Source of the DNA: Macrostomum lignano
Taxonomy: Eukaryota
Direction of reading: 5' to 3'
Length of the DNA stretch: 64,000 bases
Assembly: GCA_002269645.1 (NCBI GenBank)
Contig: NIVC01001834.1
Span: 168,432-232,431, forward strand
Part shown: piece by piece, positions 37,258 through 51,225 of the stretch
Layout: the number at the start of each line of letters is the position of its first letter
How positions within the stretch are numbered: position 1 is the stretch's first letter
Position numbers and translations under genes: made by a program
The notes under the pieces: generated by a model
What the model saw: only the letters and a program-made list of their open reading frames with translations
Databases searched by the model: none
What the model was told of the DNA's origin: nothing

Positions 37258-38792
37258 CTGAGAGATCTGGGATCTATCTGAGAGATCTGGGATCTATCTG
37301 AGAGATCTGGGATCTGAGAGATCTGGGATCTGAGAGATCTGGGATCTGAGAGATCTGGGATCTGAGAGATCTGGGATCTGAGAGATCTGGGATCTGAGAG
37401 ATCTGGGATCTGAGAGATCTGGGATCTGAGAGATCTGGGATCTGAGAGATCTGGGATCTGAGAGATCTGGGATCTGAGAGATCTGGGATCTGAGAGATCT
37501 GGGATCTGAGAGATCTGGGATCTGAGAGATCTGGGATCTATCTGTGAGATCTGAAATCTGAGAGATCTGGGATCTGAGAGATCTGGGATCTGAGAGATCT
37601 GGGATCTATCTGTGAGATCTGAAATCTGAGAGATCTGGGATCTGAGAGATCTGGGATCTGAGAGATCTGGGATCTGAGAGATCTGGGATCTATCTGTGAG
37701 ATCTGAAATCTGAGAGATCTGGGATCTGAGAGATCTGGGATCTGAGAGATCTGGGATCTGAGAGATCTGGGATCTGAGAGATCTGGGATCTGAGAGATCT
37801 GGGATCTGAGAGATCTGGGATCTGAGAGATCTGGGACCTGAGAGATCTGTGATCTAAGAGATCTGGGATCTGAGAGATCTGGGATCTGAGAGATCTGGGA
37901 TCTGAGAGATCTGGGATCTGAGAGATCTGGGACCTGAGAGATCTGGGATCTGAGAGATCCGGGATCTGAGAGATCCGGGATCTGAGAGATCCGGGTTCTG
38001 AGAGATCTGGGACCTGAGAGATCTGGGATCTGAGAGATCCGGGATCTGAGAGATCCGGGATCTGAGAGATCCGGGTTCTGAGAGATCTGGGATCTGAGAG
38101 ATCTGGGACCTGAGAGATCTGTGATCTGAGAGATCTGGGATCTGAGAGATCTGGGATCTGAGAGATCTGGGATCTGAGAGATCTGGGATCTGAGAGATCT
38201 GGGATCTGAGAGATCTGGGACCTGAGAGATCTGTGATCTGTGAGATCTGGGATCTGAGAGATCTGGGATCTGAGAGATCTGGGACCTGAGAGATCTGGGA
38301 TCTGAGAGATCCGGGATCTGAGAGATCCGGGATCTGAGAGATCCGGGTTCTGAGAGATCTGGGATCTGAGAGATCTGGGATCTGAGAGATCCGGGATCTG
38401 AGAGATCTGGGATCTGAGAGATCCGGGTTCTGAGAGATCTGGGATCTGAGAGATCTGGGATCTGAGAGATCTGGGATCTGAGAGATCTGGGATCTGAGAG
38501 ATCTGGGATCTGAGAGATTTGGGGATCTGAGAGATCTGGAAACTGAGAGATCTGGAATCTGAGAGATCTGGGATCTGAGAGATCCGGGATCTGAGAGATC
38601 CGGGATCTGAGAGATCCGGGATCTGAGAGATCCGGGTTCTGAGAGATCTGGGATCTGAGAGATCTGGGATCTGAGAGATCTGGGATCTGAGAGATCTGGG
38701 ATCTGAGAGATCTGGGATCTATCTGAGAGATCTGGGATCTGAGAGATCTGGGATCTGAGAGATCTGGGATCTGAGAGATCTGTGATCTGAGA
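37258..38792. repeat. 16-bp satellite (GAGAGATCTGGGATCT)
   Basis: About 95 copies with clustered variants (CCGGGTTCT, GGGACCT). Confidence 0.97.
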
Positions 38793-39671
38793 CAATTATA
38801 AATCTTTCAGCTATCAGGAAATTCTCGCTAATATTGACTATAAGCAGTCTATTTTATCAGCAAACATATTTTCAGAATATTTAGCAGCAATGCAGATAAA
38901 TAGATGTGAAATAATGTCAAGCTCGCAATAGAAATGACAATTTTCCCAATTGTCCCCCCTCGCGTCCTCAGTTCTCTGACAAATCTGACAAATTGGTGCT
39001 TGCCACCTGCACCCAAGCCTAAATAGCAACATTTCCCCTGCAATTGCAAAATGTTGGCAAACAGTTGCTGGAACAGATCAAACACGGAATTGTATTGCCA
39101 CTTTCAGTTCATAATGTAAGCATTTCTGCTGCAGGCAAACAATGTAAGTCTCTACATAACAAAGTGCCAATCTAATTCTTTCTCTTCTGCTTTGGCGCGC
39201 CTCGGCACAAATGCCACTATTTATTTGCTCAGTCCGTAGCTGACAGCTGAGTGAGTATTCGGGCACTGAGCGAATTCAACCGATTGTGACACCTTCTTAA
39301 ATGTAATATCTCTTCAAACCATTTGCGGTATATTTATGAAGCAAATATTCTGAATACTTGACTGCTACTGATATGCCCAGCTGCTGGCACGTGGAACAGC
39401 CACAGATATAGTGTCCTGGATACAACTGCTATATTTCAATACTTTCTGCACAATCTTGTAGAGTTTTAGTAATTTGGCGCTTCAAGTCATTCATGACACC
39501 AAGTGAGCGGTGTGTGCATGTTGTGTTTGACCAGGCCGCTAACACACATTGAAGTCTGCAGTTTGCCCGCATGCACTGTGTGAAACAGTTGGAGGAAAAT
39601 CAGTGCACAAGTGACCAGGTTTAACACGAGTGCTACAAGTATACTTTTTATCCAATGCAGTCTCATCTCAC

Positions 39672-40297
39672 TCTCACTCTCTGACCCAATCTCACTCTCT
39701 CTGACCCAATCTCACTCTCTCTGACCCAATCTCACTCTCTCTGACCCAATCTCACTCTGTCTGACCCAATCTCACTCTCTCTGACCCAATCTCACTCTCT
39801 CTGACCCAATCCCACTCTCCGTCTCACTCTCTCTGACCCAATCTCACTCTCCGTCTCACTCTCTCTGACCCAATCCCACTCTCCGTCTCACTCTCTCTGA
39901 CCCAATCCCACTATCCGTCTCACTCTCTCTGACCCAATCTCACTATCCGTCTCACTCTCTCTGACCCAATCTCACTATCCGTCTCACTCTCTCTGACCCA
40001 ATCTCACTATCCGTCTCACTCTCTCTGACCCAATCTCACTATCCGTCTCACTCTCTCTGACCCAATCTCACTCTCTCTGACCCAATCTCACTCTCTCTGA
40101 CCCAATCTCACTCTCTCTGACCCAATCTCACTCTCTCTGACCCAATCTCACTCTCTCTGACCCAATCTCACTCTCTCTGACCCAATCCCACTATCCGTCT
40201 CACTCTCTCTGACCCAATCTCACTATCCGTCTCACTCTCTGACCCAATCTCACTATCCGTCTCACTCTCTGACCTAATCTCACTCTCTCTGACCCAA
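39672..40297. repeat. 20/32-bp minisatellite (CTCACTCTCTCTGACCCAAT, with or without CTCACTATCCGT)
   Basis: Tandem copies read directly. Confidence 0.95.
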
Positions 40298-41419
40298 TCA
40301 TACACTGCAACTTCTTACAAGAACTCAAATCCCCTATACACAATTCGTTACCCACAACGCATGCACAACTCAAACTAAAAGCTTGATGAAGCATGAAGTG
40401 AACTCGACAGCTGCTCCAATGCGGTTATCTCTGCACCATAACTCACACAAACTCTGAATCTTGAGTTTGTCTGCAAGTATATAATATATGAGCGCACTGC
40501 AAACATATTGAAACAGCTTTCTGGGAAATCAATGTAAGATTTATGTCTATATAATACGAGTTGTATATGACTTCTATAAGACTAAATATCTTATCAATGA
40601 AGTTACTTTCTTCAAGGACAACTCCAAAAGTCTTTGGGCTTTAGCTGAAGGCTAGTAACTAATTGCAATAGAGATTCGAAATCTATATATTTAGGAGACG
40701 TATGTCCCGGCTATCAAACAAATATTGTTGATAAAATTGGATATTTCGCCACAACACACTACGCAGTTTCCTATGGCCGACCAACACTTTATTTGCACAA
40801 TCTGCCTACCAAAGCTCCTGTGTCGATCTACTTATACAAAGGATAATAAAATTCCCCTGAAGCTTACACACGAGCCTATTATAGGAATAACTACCTATCC
40901 CCAACATCCCCAAAATGAAATATGTTTGCAATCAAATCAAAGCGATTTCAATAATTCGGTTGGGATATTTACGGGCTCAGTCGGGCCTTCTGCGCAGATT
41001 CCCACCAACCGGGGGGCGCGGGGGCTCTAAATCTGTATAAAGGTTTGTTGGTTTAAATTTGGTTGCTAAGCGGGACAGCAACGCTTATTGATAAATGCCG
41101 CGGCTAAACCTAAAAACACCTTTGGGTGAAAACCGAGTCCTGTGTGCAACGCCTTCGCAAGTCTTTGAATTTCGGATATAAACATAGCTGCAGCCAGCAG
41201 GCTCTTTTGTGGGCACAGATTGTGGACTTAAAACTTCTGGGATTTATAATTTCTCATAATAAGTAAACAAAAACAGAGAGCATAGTTAAGCTGTCTGTAT
41301 CCATAGGCATTTTATGCTTGTGCTACGAACGAAAATCCGCCGCACGCTGAAAGCAGGGGTCGCGACTCGTGTGGCGAGAGAGTCAGGCGGGTTTGCCGCT
41401 GAGCTGCTCTGTCAATCAT

Positions 41420-41920
41420 ACACAGCACCGCTCATAGACAGCACCGCTCATAGACAGCACCGCTCATAGACAGCACCGCTCATAGACAGCACCGCTCATA
41501 GACAGCACCGCTCATAGACAGCACCGCTCATACACAGCACCGCTCATAGACAGCACCGCTCATAGACAGCACCGCTCATACACAGCACCGCTCATAGACA
41601 GCACCGCTCATACACAGCACCGCTCATAGACAGCACCGCTCATAGACAGCACCGCTAATAGACAGCACCGCTCATAGACAGCACCGCTCATAGACAGCAC
41701 CGCTCATAGACAGCACCGCTCATAGACAGCACCGCTCATAGACAGCACCGCTCATACACAGCACCGCTCATAGACAGCACCGCTCATAGACAGCACCGCT
41801 CATACACAGCACCGCTCATAGACAGCACCGCTCATAGACAGCACCGCTAATAGACAGCACCGCTCATAGACAGCACCGCTCATAGACAGCACCGCTCATA
41901 GACAGCACCGCTCATAGACA
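41420..41920 (+). repeat. 16-bp minisatellite (ATAGACAGCACCGCTC) upstream of FoxD
   Basis: About 31 copies. Confidence 0.96.
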
Positions 41921-42359
41921 CAGTCACTCATAGACACAATCGCTCATACACAGTAGACAATTGCTCACAGACAGCACCGCTTAAAGTCAGCACTGATAAT
42001 TTCTCCTGTTCAAACTTGTCAAAAAATCGTGCGTTCTCCTAATTTGAATAAATATTTCCCATTTTTTCTGCTTATCCACAATTCCCTAAAATCGCCGTAC
42101 GAACTTCACTCACTCTCCCGTAGAATATCCCAGCAACAGAAAACTTCCCGCAGCTCCAATGGGCGGACGCGACCGCCACCCCAGTAGGGGATCCAATCCC
42201 AGAGCTCCCCGCCACCCCCCTACACCACCCCAAGTCGCGCGTCAGTTTTCCCCTTATTGGGAAAATTTTCATAATTCCAAATCCCCCCAAAAATATCGGA
42301 GCTGACGATTTCCATCTCGAGAGAGAGAGACACAATCTTCCATTGGCACCTCAGTTCCC

Positions 42360-45300
42360 ATGTTCTCCCCAATCGCCGCCATCGGTCAGCAGTCATCCAC
42401 CGCCTCCGCCGCCGTGATGGACATGGAGCCTACTGACGATGACTTTGATGACGACTGCATCGAATACGACGACGCTGACTACGGGGCTGGTCAGCGAGAG
42501 ACCGACGATAATGTAGATCTTCCTGGAGTTTCCAACGCCGCCGCTGGGAGAAGTGCCGACCATGACAGCGACGAACAGGTTGTCGCGGCGTCGGCGGCGG
42601 CTTCGACGGGTGGAAACGGCGGCGGTGGTGGCTCGGCCAGCAAGAAGCGAAGCCACCACGTGAAACCGCCCTACAGCTACATCGCCCTCATCACCATGGC
42701 GATTCTGCAGTCGGCAACCAGGAAGCTGACTCTTAGCGGCATCTGCGAGTTCATTATGAATCGGTTCCCGTATTATAAAGAGAGGTGAGTCGGTATTCTG
42801 CTCTTATTGGAGAGTTCTCAAATAGTTTCCCTTTGGGGCGATTCAAGAGAGTGGATGGCGACTGTAGTAGGGGGCGGATGTTGTGCTGTTGGCGACTGTA
42901 GAAGGGGGCGGATGTTGTGCTGCTGGTGACTGTAGAAGGGGGCGGATGTTGTGCTGCTGGCGACTGTAGAAGGGGGTGGATGTTGTGCTGCTGGCGACTA
43001 GAAGGGGCGGATGTTGTGCTGTTGGCGACTGTAGAAGGGGGCGGATATTGTGCTGCTGGCGACTGTAGAAGGGGGCGGATGTTGTGCTGTTGGCGACTGT
43101 AGAAGGGGCGGATGTTGTGCTATTGGCGACTGTAGTAGGGGGCGGATGTTGTGCTGTTGGCGACTGTAGAAGGGGGCGGATGTTGTGCTGTTGGCGACTG
43201 TAGAAGGGGCGGATGTTGTGCTATTGGCGACTGTAGAAGGGGGCGGATGTTGTGCTGCTGGCGACTGTAGAAGGGGGCGGATGTTGTGCTGCTGGTGACT
43301 GTAGAAGGGGGCGGATGTTGTGCTGCTGGCGACTGTAGAAGGGGGTGGATGTTGTGCTGCTGGCGACTGTAGAAGGGGCGGATGTTGTGCTGTTGGCGAC
43401 TGTAGAAGGGGGCGGATATTGTGCTGCTGGCGACTGTAGAAGGGGGCGGATGTTGTGCTGTTGGCGACTGTAGAAGGGGCGGATGTTGTGCTATTGGCGA
43501 CTGTAGTAGGGGGCGGATGTTGTGCTGTTGGCGACTGTAGAAGGGGGCGGATGTTGTGCTGTTGGCGACTGTAGAAGGGGCGGATGTTGTGCTATTGGCG
43601 ACTGTAGAAGGGGGCGGATGTTGTGCTGCTGGCGACTGTAGAAGGGGGCGGATGTTGTGCTGCTGGCGACTGTAGAAGGGGGCGGATGTTGAGCTGTTGG
43701 TGACTGTAGAAGGGGCGGATGTTGTGCTGTTGGCGACTGTAGAAGGGGGCGGATGTTGTGCTGCTGGCGACTGTAGAAGGGGGCGGATGTTGTGCTATTG
43801 GCGACTGTAGAAGGGGGCGGATGTTGTGCTGCTGGCGACTGTAGAAGGGGGCGGATTTTGCGCTGTTGGCGTCTGTTGAAGGGCGGATATGAATGGGGAG
43901 AGCTGTAGGAGGGGTGGTTTAGGGTAGAAGTATAATTATTGCATTTCCATTCTTTATTTGCCCCGGCCAAGAGAAGATTTTCACATCCAACTACTAATTA
44001 AGATTATCCCATAGAAACGAAGCCCGTGCAATCCTTGAAATCTTAAAACACAGTCGACTTTTCCGATATTTGCACAGCGCATTGAAGCGTGAAGCTGTTA
44101 TACCACCTATGCAGAAGCCACTATAGCGTTGTGAAAACAGTATCCATGGGCGAACTGCTTGCTGCAGTTACACGCTGCTGCAGAACAGCAGAGAGGCTGT
44201 GTTCAACCATTGAACCCGAACTCGAATCTACCCGTGTAACAACAGCAGTCAAAAACCGCCTAAACCATGCTTAAATGCGAAATCGCAGCAAGATGAAGAT
44301 TCGCGGGGCCGAAATATATAGTGAATTGATTTGTTGCTAAGAGTAAAAAAACCATACACAACTTTGCGGGAGGCTAAACACTGACTGCCCCCCCCTAACA
44401 TCCCGATCCCGGCTATAGTATAGACCTGATCTTGCCTGTTATTATTTTTACAAGGAGAAAATATATAATCATTTGGCTGCTGGTGTCTGCGGAACCGGTG
44501 GGTGGTCTGGGCGGGGATCCTGACTGGCATTCGAGTCCCTCTCCGCCCCTTTCTTTTTCTTTCTTAATAAACCGCTTTTCTGCCTTTTTTCCCGCGGCTT
44601 TTTTTCGATGTAATTTTGTTTGATTTCTGTTGTCTTTAACACGAAAGAAGCAGAAGTATTCGCGGGTGCCACTCACTGCCTCCTATAGGCTTATGCTTTT
44701 ATTTCCTTTGATTCCTTAGCTTTCCTCTGATTCATTCTTCCCATTTTACAAATCATGCAATTTTCCCATTCTCCCAATTCCAACATTCTCCCAATTCCAA
44801 CATTCTCCCATTCCAACATTCTCCCATTCCATGCAACATTTCCCATTCCATGCAACATTCTCCCATTCCAACATTCTCCCATTCCAAAATTCTCCCACTC
44901 CAACATTCTCCCATTCCAACATTTTCCTACTCCAACATTCTGCCATTCCAACATTCTCCCATTCCAACATTCTCCCATTCCAACATTCTCCCATTCCAAC
45001 ATTCTCCCATTCCAACATTCTCCCATTCCAACATTTTCCCATTCCATGCAACATTCTCCCATTCCAACATTCTCCCATTCCAAAATTCTCCCACTCCAAC
45101 ATTCTCCCACTCCAACATTCTCCCATTCCAACATTTCCCATTCCATGCAACATTCTCCCATTCCAACATTCTCCCATTCCAAAATTCTCCCACTCCAAAA
45201 TTCTCCCACTCCAACATTCTCCCAATTCCAACATTCTCCCATTCCAACATTTCCCATTCCATACAACATTCTCCCATTCCAACATTCTCCCATTCCAAAA

Positions 45301-46221
45301 TTCTCCCACTCCAAAATTCTCCCACTCCAACATTCTCCCACTCCAACATTCTCCCATTCCAACATTCTCCCAATTCCAACATTATCCTACTCCAACATTC
45401 TCCCAATTCCAACATTATCCTACTCCAACATCCTCCCCATTTCCATGCTCGCATGCGCACATGAGGACCCGCCCTCAGCGCACACATAAACAACCGATAC
45501 CTCTTCCTCATATCACAGATTCCCGGCCTGGCAGAACAGCATCCGGCACAATTTATCCCTAAACGATTGCTTCGTGAAAATCCCTCGCGAGCCGGGCAAC
45601 CCGGGCAAGGGCAACTACTGGACGCTGGACCCGCAGTCGGAGGACATGTTTGACAACGGCAGCTTCCTGCGTAGGCGGAAGCGCTACAAGCGACAGTCCA
45701 TGGTGCCCGATATCTTCAGCCCGCCGCCGGGTTTTCTGCCGGGACCACCGCCACAGCTGCCGCCATTTGGCCCGCACCATCACCAGCACCAGCATCAGCA
45801 TCTGCAGCACCATCACCTGCCGCCGCCGCCTCCGCCACCGCCGCCTCCAATGCCGTTTCACCTGCCGCCACCCTTCGGCTTGCTGCCGCCGCTGCCGCCG
45901 CTTCCGCCTCAGCCGTCCAAGAGCTGCGCATCGAGTTCGTCAACTAGCCTGGCCGTCTCCGCAGCCTCCTCCACCTCCGCCGCGGCAGCTTCATCTGTTG
46001 CCAGCAAGACCTTTACCATAGACAGTTTGATCAACGGAACGGCGGGGAAATCGGTCGAACAGCGGACGACTGATGTTGCCGCCGCCGCAGCCGCCTACCC
46101 GCCTCTGATCCGACTGCCGCAACAGCACCAGCAAGATGGGCCGCAGTTCGACTTTGCGGTCTACCAGAAGCTGATGCTGCAGACTGCTGGTCTGCTGCCT
46201 CTGCCTTCCTGGATTCGTTGA
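42360..46221 (+). CDS. FoxD: Forkhead box class D transcription factor; exons 42360-42784 and 45519-46221, ~375 aa
   Basis: The spliced forkhead domain [96 protein letters not shown] is typical of FoxD. Acidic N-terminus and eh1-like FTIDSLI. Phase-2 intron 42785-45518. Confidence 0.95.
42855..43875. repeat. 33/34-bp minisatellite (GGCGACTGTAGAAGGGGGCGGATGTTGTGCTGCT) in the FoxD intron
   Basis: About 30 copies. Confidence 0.96.
44755..45440. repeat. 16-bp minisatellite (CCATTCCAACATTCTC) in the FoxD intron
   Basis: About 42 imperfect copies ending ~80 nt before the acceptor. Confidence 0.95.
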
Positions 46222-48534
46222 ACTGCGTGTGGACACGCTGGTAATTAATCTTGGACACAACTTTTTTGTGAACTTCTTTTTTGTTATCTGTGTGTGTCAT
46301 GTCGATTTGTGCAAATTAAATTTATTCATTTATATGCTCTCTATGTCTGTTCCGTTTATTGACCTGTGCCGCATACTACAGTAAAGTAGATAAACAAATT
46401 TAGCGTCTAATATGTTTGTCTGTTTAAAAACTTCATATTCGCCTATGTATGTTCATATTCGGGATTAATTGGGATCTGACTTATCAAATCTCTCCCGAGA
46501 CTCATATTACATCCCCAGTTAATATCAATAGCTAGGATCCTCTTGAGATTGAGATTGATCATGAGATCATCTATAGCATCTCACTGTTCTATAAGGGATC
46601 CTAATAAAGTTATCTTTCCATATTCGTATTCATCTTGATATTCAATTACTTGAATTCATATTTGAATTCATATAACAGGGTATAGCCATTAAAAAGTCGA
46701 GATAATTCTTAGAAAGTTTTATTATCAATCAGTTTTTTGTTACCATTCCATCGCCCCCTTTAACTGATTGACTAGCATCAATTTATTTTAGTCCATATTA
46801 GTCATATTCGTCACCGACTCTATTAAGTGGAGCGATAGTAAACCGATGCACTTTTTACGAAATTTACAGTAAGACATCTCACCCGAAACCACTTGTACAG
46901 CAGCCACTTTCTTTGATAATTTTCGATGAGTGGAATTGAAACAAAGCAGACCTTTCTTTTAAGCGCTTATACTATCATTCACCTTCACTGATTTTGCTGT
47001 AGATATACTGTGAGTTTGTTTTAATTTTTAAGTACATCATGTACGCGTAATTCTACGAGTATAAATGAAGTGCGCTCGATAAAACTTAAAATGATTTAAA
47101 AATACTTTTGTTTAATTAAGCAAAGTTAAAAGTTAACATATAATTGTAGTAGAGGTAATCTATTTGATAATTAATGTATCTAAAATAATATAATAATCAT
47201 TCTGTTTTCAACTCAACTCTTTGAATTGAGTTTTGGATTTAACAAAAGGTATATTTTCACTTTTTTCCGGTAGAAATTTTGTTTTATGAAAGTGGACGGT
47301 ATAGGTATAGGGTCCATTTTTGAAATTTGTAATAATAAAATAAATTTGAGAACAGGATATTTAGCAACGCGAATAAATAATTCAAAAGAGTATCTACAAT
47401 TAACAAATGTAGCTAGTAGATGGCTGCAAATTATGTAAAAATTTGATACCGGCATTATTTCTTGTTTGATTTTTTATTTGTTTTAAACAAGAATGATACA
47501 TCAAAGTCCACTGTTAGCTAGTCGAATGCACTTTATTACTTAATATTTAACGTTCTTTGCTTTATGCGTTACAATGTATCTAAACCTCCAAATGCACCAT
47601 ATCAAGCATGCCTAAAATACTGTAGTTTGCTTATTCGTATTTGTTATTTGTTATTCGAATAAACATCCTGCTGCAACTATATGCAAATGTACACCAAATT
47701 GCTTTTTAATAAAACAAATTGAGTAGCAATTCAAATGTTTAAATTATACTTGCAACTCTTGGATTTGTTTGATTAATTGCTAAATAAATAGCTTTCTGTT
47801 AAAGTCTTCTGCCTTTTTTATATAATTTATATCGCATATTAAATTTGTTATACGCAAGTTAGCTTTCAAAAAGTGAAATCCAAATGGCAATATTTTTACA
47901 GCTAAGACGAACCCATTGCCTGTTTGGGGGTAAAAAGGAAAATTATGTGTGTAAGCGAAGGCTTATGTTAGAGAGCTGTGAGAAAAGATGATGTGTTTGA
48001 GGATTAAATATTTGTGAATATAGTGAGAGTGAGAGTGCAGAGTAGCAAAGGGGGCAGGAATCTCAGTCTTTACTCAACCGGCACCGAAACAACAAAGAAA
48101 AGAGAAGGAAGTCAAAATTGGCGAGCTGTTATTTCACCCCGGCTGTATGTAGGATTGGGGGAAAGGCAAGGCGCATTGCAACTGTTTGGGAAAACTTTCA
48201 CACTTTATTGCACCCACCCCAATATGCTCAAGTCAGGAACAGCGCTTCGCGGAAGTCGTAGCGCGATTTCTCTAACCAATATTCTTCTGTCGGCCTTTCT
48301 GTCGCGCCGCACGCTTAGTCAATATTATGGCGTTTGAAGAAAATAGCGGGGGGCTGACACCCAGCTGGGGGAATGGAAGATAAATACGAATAGGAGGGCT
48401 GAATGCTTTTAAGGCGCTTCAACGAGAAAGGGAGCTGCAGGAAGTTTTTTATTGGGATTGGGGATGGCCCACCAGGTGTCTTGTTGAGGCAGGTGCTCTG
48501 GGTGAGGTCTGTAATAGTTCGAGCAAGTGTTCAG

Positions 48535-51225
48535 AGCTTTGGTGGCGCTCTTTTTGAGGCGCCGTTTGTAGCTTTGGTGGCGCCGTTTGTAGCTTTGGTG
48601 GCGCCGTTTGTAGCTTTGGTGGCGCCGTTTGTAGCTTTGGTGGCGCCGTTTGTAGCTTTGGTGGCGCCGTTTGTAGCTTTAATGGCGCCGTTTGTAGCTT
48701 TGGTGGCGCCGTTTGTAGCTTTGGTGGCGCCGTTTGTAGCTTTGGTGGCACTGTTTTGAGGCTTTGGTGGCGCCGTTTGTAGCTTTGGTGGCGCCGTTTG
48801 TAGCTTTGGTGGCGCTGTTTGTAGCTTTGGTGGCGCCGTTTGTAGCTTTGGTGGCGCTGTTTGTAGCTTTGGTGGCGCCGTTTGTAGCTTTGGTGGCGCC
48901 GTTTGTAGCTTTGGTGGCGCCGTTTGTAGCTTTGGTGGCGCTGTTTTGGAATGCCGTTTGTAGCTTTGATGGCGCTGTTTTGAGGCGCTGTTTGTAGGTT
49001 TGGTGGCACTGTTTTGAGGCGCTGTTTGTAGGTTTGGTGGCCTGTTTTGAGGCGCTGTTTGTAGGTTTGGTGGCCTGTTTTGAGGCGCCGTTTGTAGTTT
49101 TGGTGGCCTGTTTTGAGGCGCTGTTTGTAGTTTTGGTGGCGCTGTTTTTGAGGCACCGTTTGAAGCTTTGATGGCGCTTTTTTGGAACGCCATTTGTAGT
49201 TTTGATGGCGCCGTTTTTAGCTTTGGTGGCGCTGTTTTAGAATGTCGTTTGTAGCTTTGATGGCGCTGTTTTTTGAGGCGCCGTTTGTAGCTTTGGTGGC
49301 GCTGTTTTGGAACGCCATTTGTAGTTTTGATTTTGCGCCGTTTGTAGCTTTGGTGGCGCTGTTTTGAGGCTTTGGTGGCGCCGTTTGTAGCTTTGGTGGC
49401 GCTGTTTGTAGCTTTGGTGGCGCCGTTTGTAGCTTTGGTGGCGCTGTTTTGAGGCTTTGGTGGCGCCGTTTGTAGCTTTGGTGGCGCTGTTTGTAGCTTT
49501 GGTGGCGCCGTTTGTAGCTTTGGTGGCGCCGTTTGTAGTTTTGGTGGCGCCGTTTGTAGCTTTGGTGGCACCGTTTGTAGCTTTGGTGGCGCCGTTTGTA
49601 GTTTTGGTGGCGCCGTTTGTAGCTTTGGTGGCACCGTTTGTAGCTTTGGTGGCGCCGTTTGTAGTTTTGGTGGCGCCGTTTGTAGCTTTGGTGGCGCCGT
49701 TTGTAGCTTTGGTGGCGCCGTTTGTAGCTTTGGTGGCGCTGTTTTTGAGACGCCGTTTGAAGCTTTGATGGCGCTTTTTTGGAACGCCATTTGTAGTTGT
49801 GATTTTGCGCCGTTTGTAGCTTGGGTGGCGCTGTTTTGAGGCGCCGTTTGTAGCTTTGGTGGCGCTGTTTTGAGGCGCCGTTTGTAGCTTTGGTGGCGCT
49901 GTTTGTAGCTTTGGTGGCGCCGTTTGTAGCTTTGGTGGCGCTGTTTGTAGCTTTGGTGGCGCCGTTTGTAGCTTTGGTGGCGCCGTTTGTAGCTTTGGTG
50001 GCGCCGTTTGTAGCTTTGGTGGCGCTGTTTTGGAATGCCGTTTGTAGCTTTGATGGCGCTGTTTTGAGGCGCTGTTTGTAGGTTTGGTGGCACTGTTTTG
50101 AGGCGCTGTTTGTAGGTTTGGTGGCCTGTTTTGAGGCGCTGTTTGTAGGTTTGGTGGCCTGTTTTGAGGCGCCGTTTGTAGTTTTGGTGGCCTGTTTTGA
50201 GGCGCTGTTTGTAGTTTTGGTGGCGCTGTTTTTGAGGCACCGTTTGAAGCTTTGATGGCGCTTTTTTGGAACGCCATTTGTAGTTTTGATGGCGCCGTTT
50301 TTAGCTTTGGTGGCGCTGTTTTAGAATGTCGTTTGTAGCTTTGATGGCGCTGTTTTTTGAGGCGCCGTTTGTAGCTTTGGTGGCGCTGTTTTGGAACGCC
50401 ATTTGTAGTTTTGATTTTGCGCCATTTGTAGCTTTGGTGGCGCTGTTTTGAGGCTTTGGTGGCGCCGTTTGTAGCTTTGGTGGCGCTGTTTGTAGCTTTG
50501 GTGGCGCCGTTTGTAGCTTTGGTGGCGCTGTTTTGAGGCTTTGGTGGCGCCGTTTGTAGCTTTGGTGGCGCTGTTTGTAGCTTTGGTGGCGCCGTTTGTA
50601 GCTTTGGTGGCGCCGTTTGTAGTTTTGGTGGCGCCGTTTGTAGCTTTGGTGGCACCGTTTGTAGCTTTGGTGGCGCCGTTTGTAGTTTTGGTGGCGCCGT
50701 TTGTAGCTTTGGTGGCACCGTTTGTAGCTTTGGTGGCGCCGTTTGTAGTTTTGGTGGCGCCGTTTGTAGCTTTGGTGGCGCCGTTTGTAGCTTTGGTGGC
50801 GCCGTTTGTAGCTTTGGTGGCGCTGTTTTTGAGACGCCGTTTGAAGCTTTGATGGCGCTTTTTTGGAACGCCATTTGTAGTTGTGATTTTGCGCCGTTTG
50901 TAGCTTTGGTGGCGCTGTTTTGAGGCGCCGTTTGTAGCTTTGGTGGCGCTGTTTTGAGGCGCCGTTTGTAGCTTTGGTGGCGCTGTTTTGAGGCGCCGTT
51001 TGTAGCTTTGGTGGCGCTGTTTTGAGGCGCCGTTTGTAGCTTTGGTGGCGCTGTTTTGAGGCGCCGTTTGTAGCTTTGGTGGCGCTGTTTTGAGGCGCCG
51101 TTTGTAGCTTTGATGGCGCTTTTTTGGAACGCCATTTGTAGTTTTGATTTTGCGCCGTCTGTAGCTTTGGTGGCGCCGTTTTGAGGCGCCGTTTGCAGCT
51201 TCGGTGGCGCTGTTTTGAGGCACTA
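48535..51225. repeat. 21-bp satellite (TTTGTAGCTTTGGTGGCGCCG) with a 1,084-bp higher-order duplication
   Basis: Identical pseudo-ORFs at 49457-49768 and 50541-50852, and ORF ends at 48997 and 50081, are each offset by exactly 1,084 bp. Confidence 0.96.

Noticed and set aside
37854-38795. 313-aa ORF of SQISQIPDLSDPRSLR repeats
   Set aside because: Translation of the 16-bp satellite (48-nt period).
44691-45562. ORFs of 194-244 aa on both strands in the FoxD intron
   Set aside because: Artefacts of the 16-bp array.
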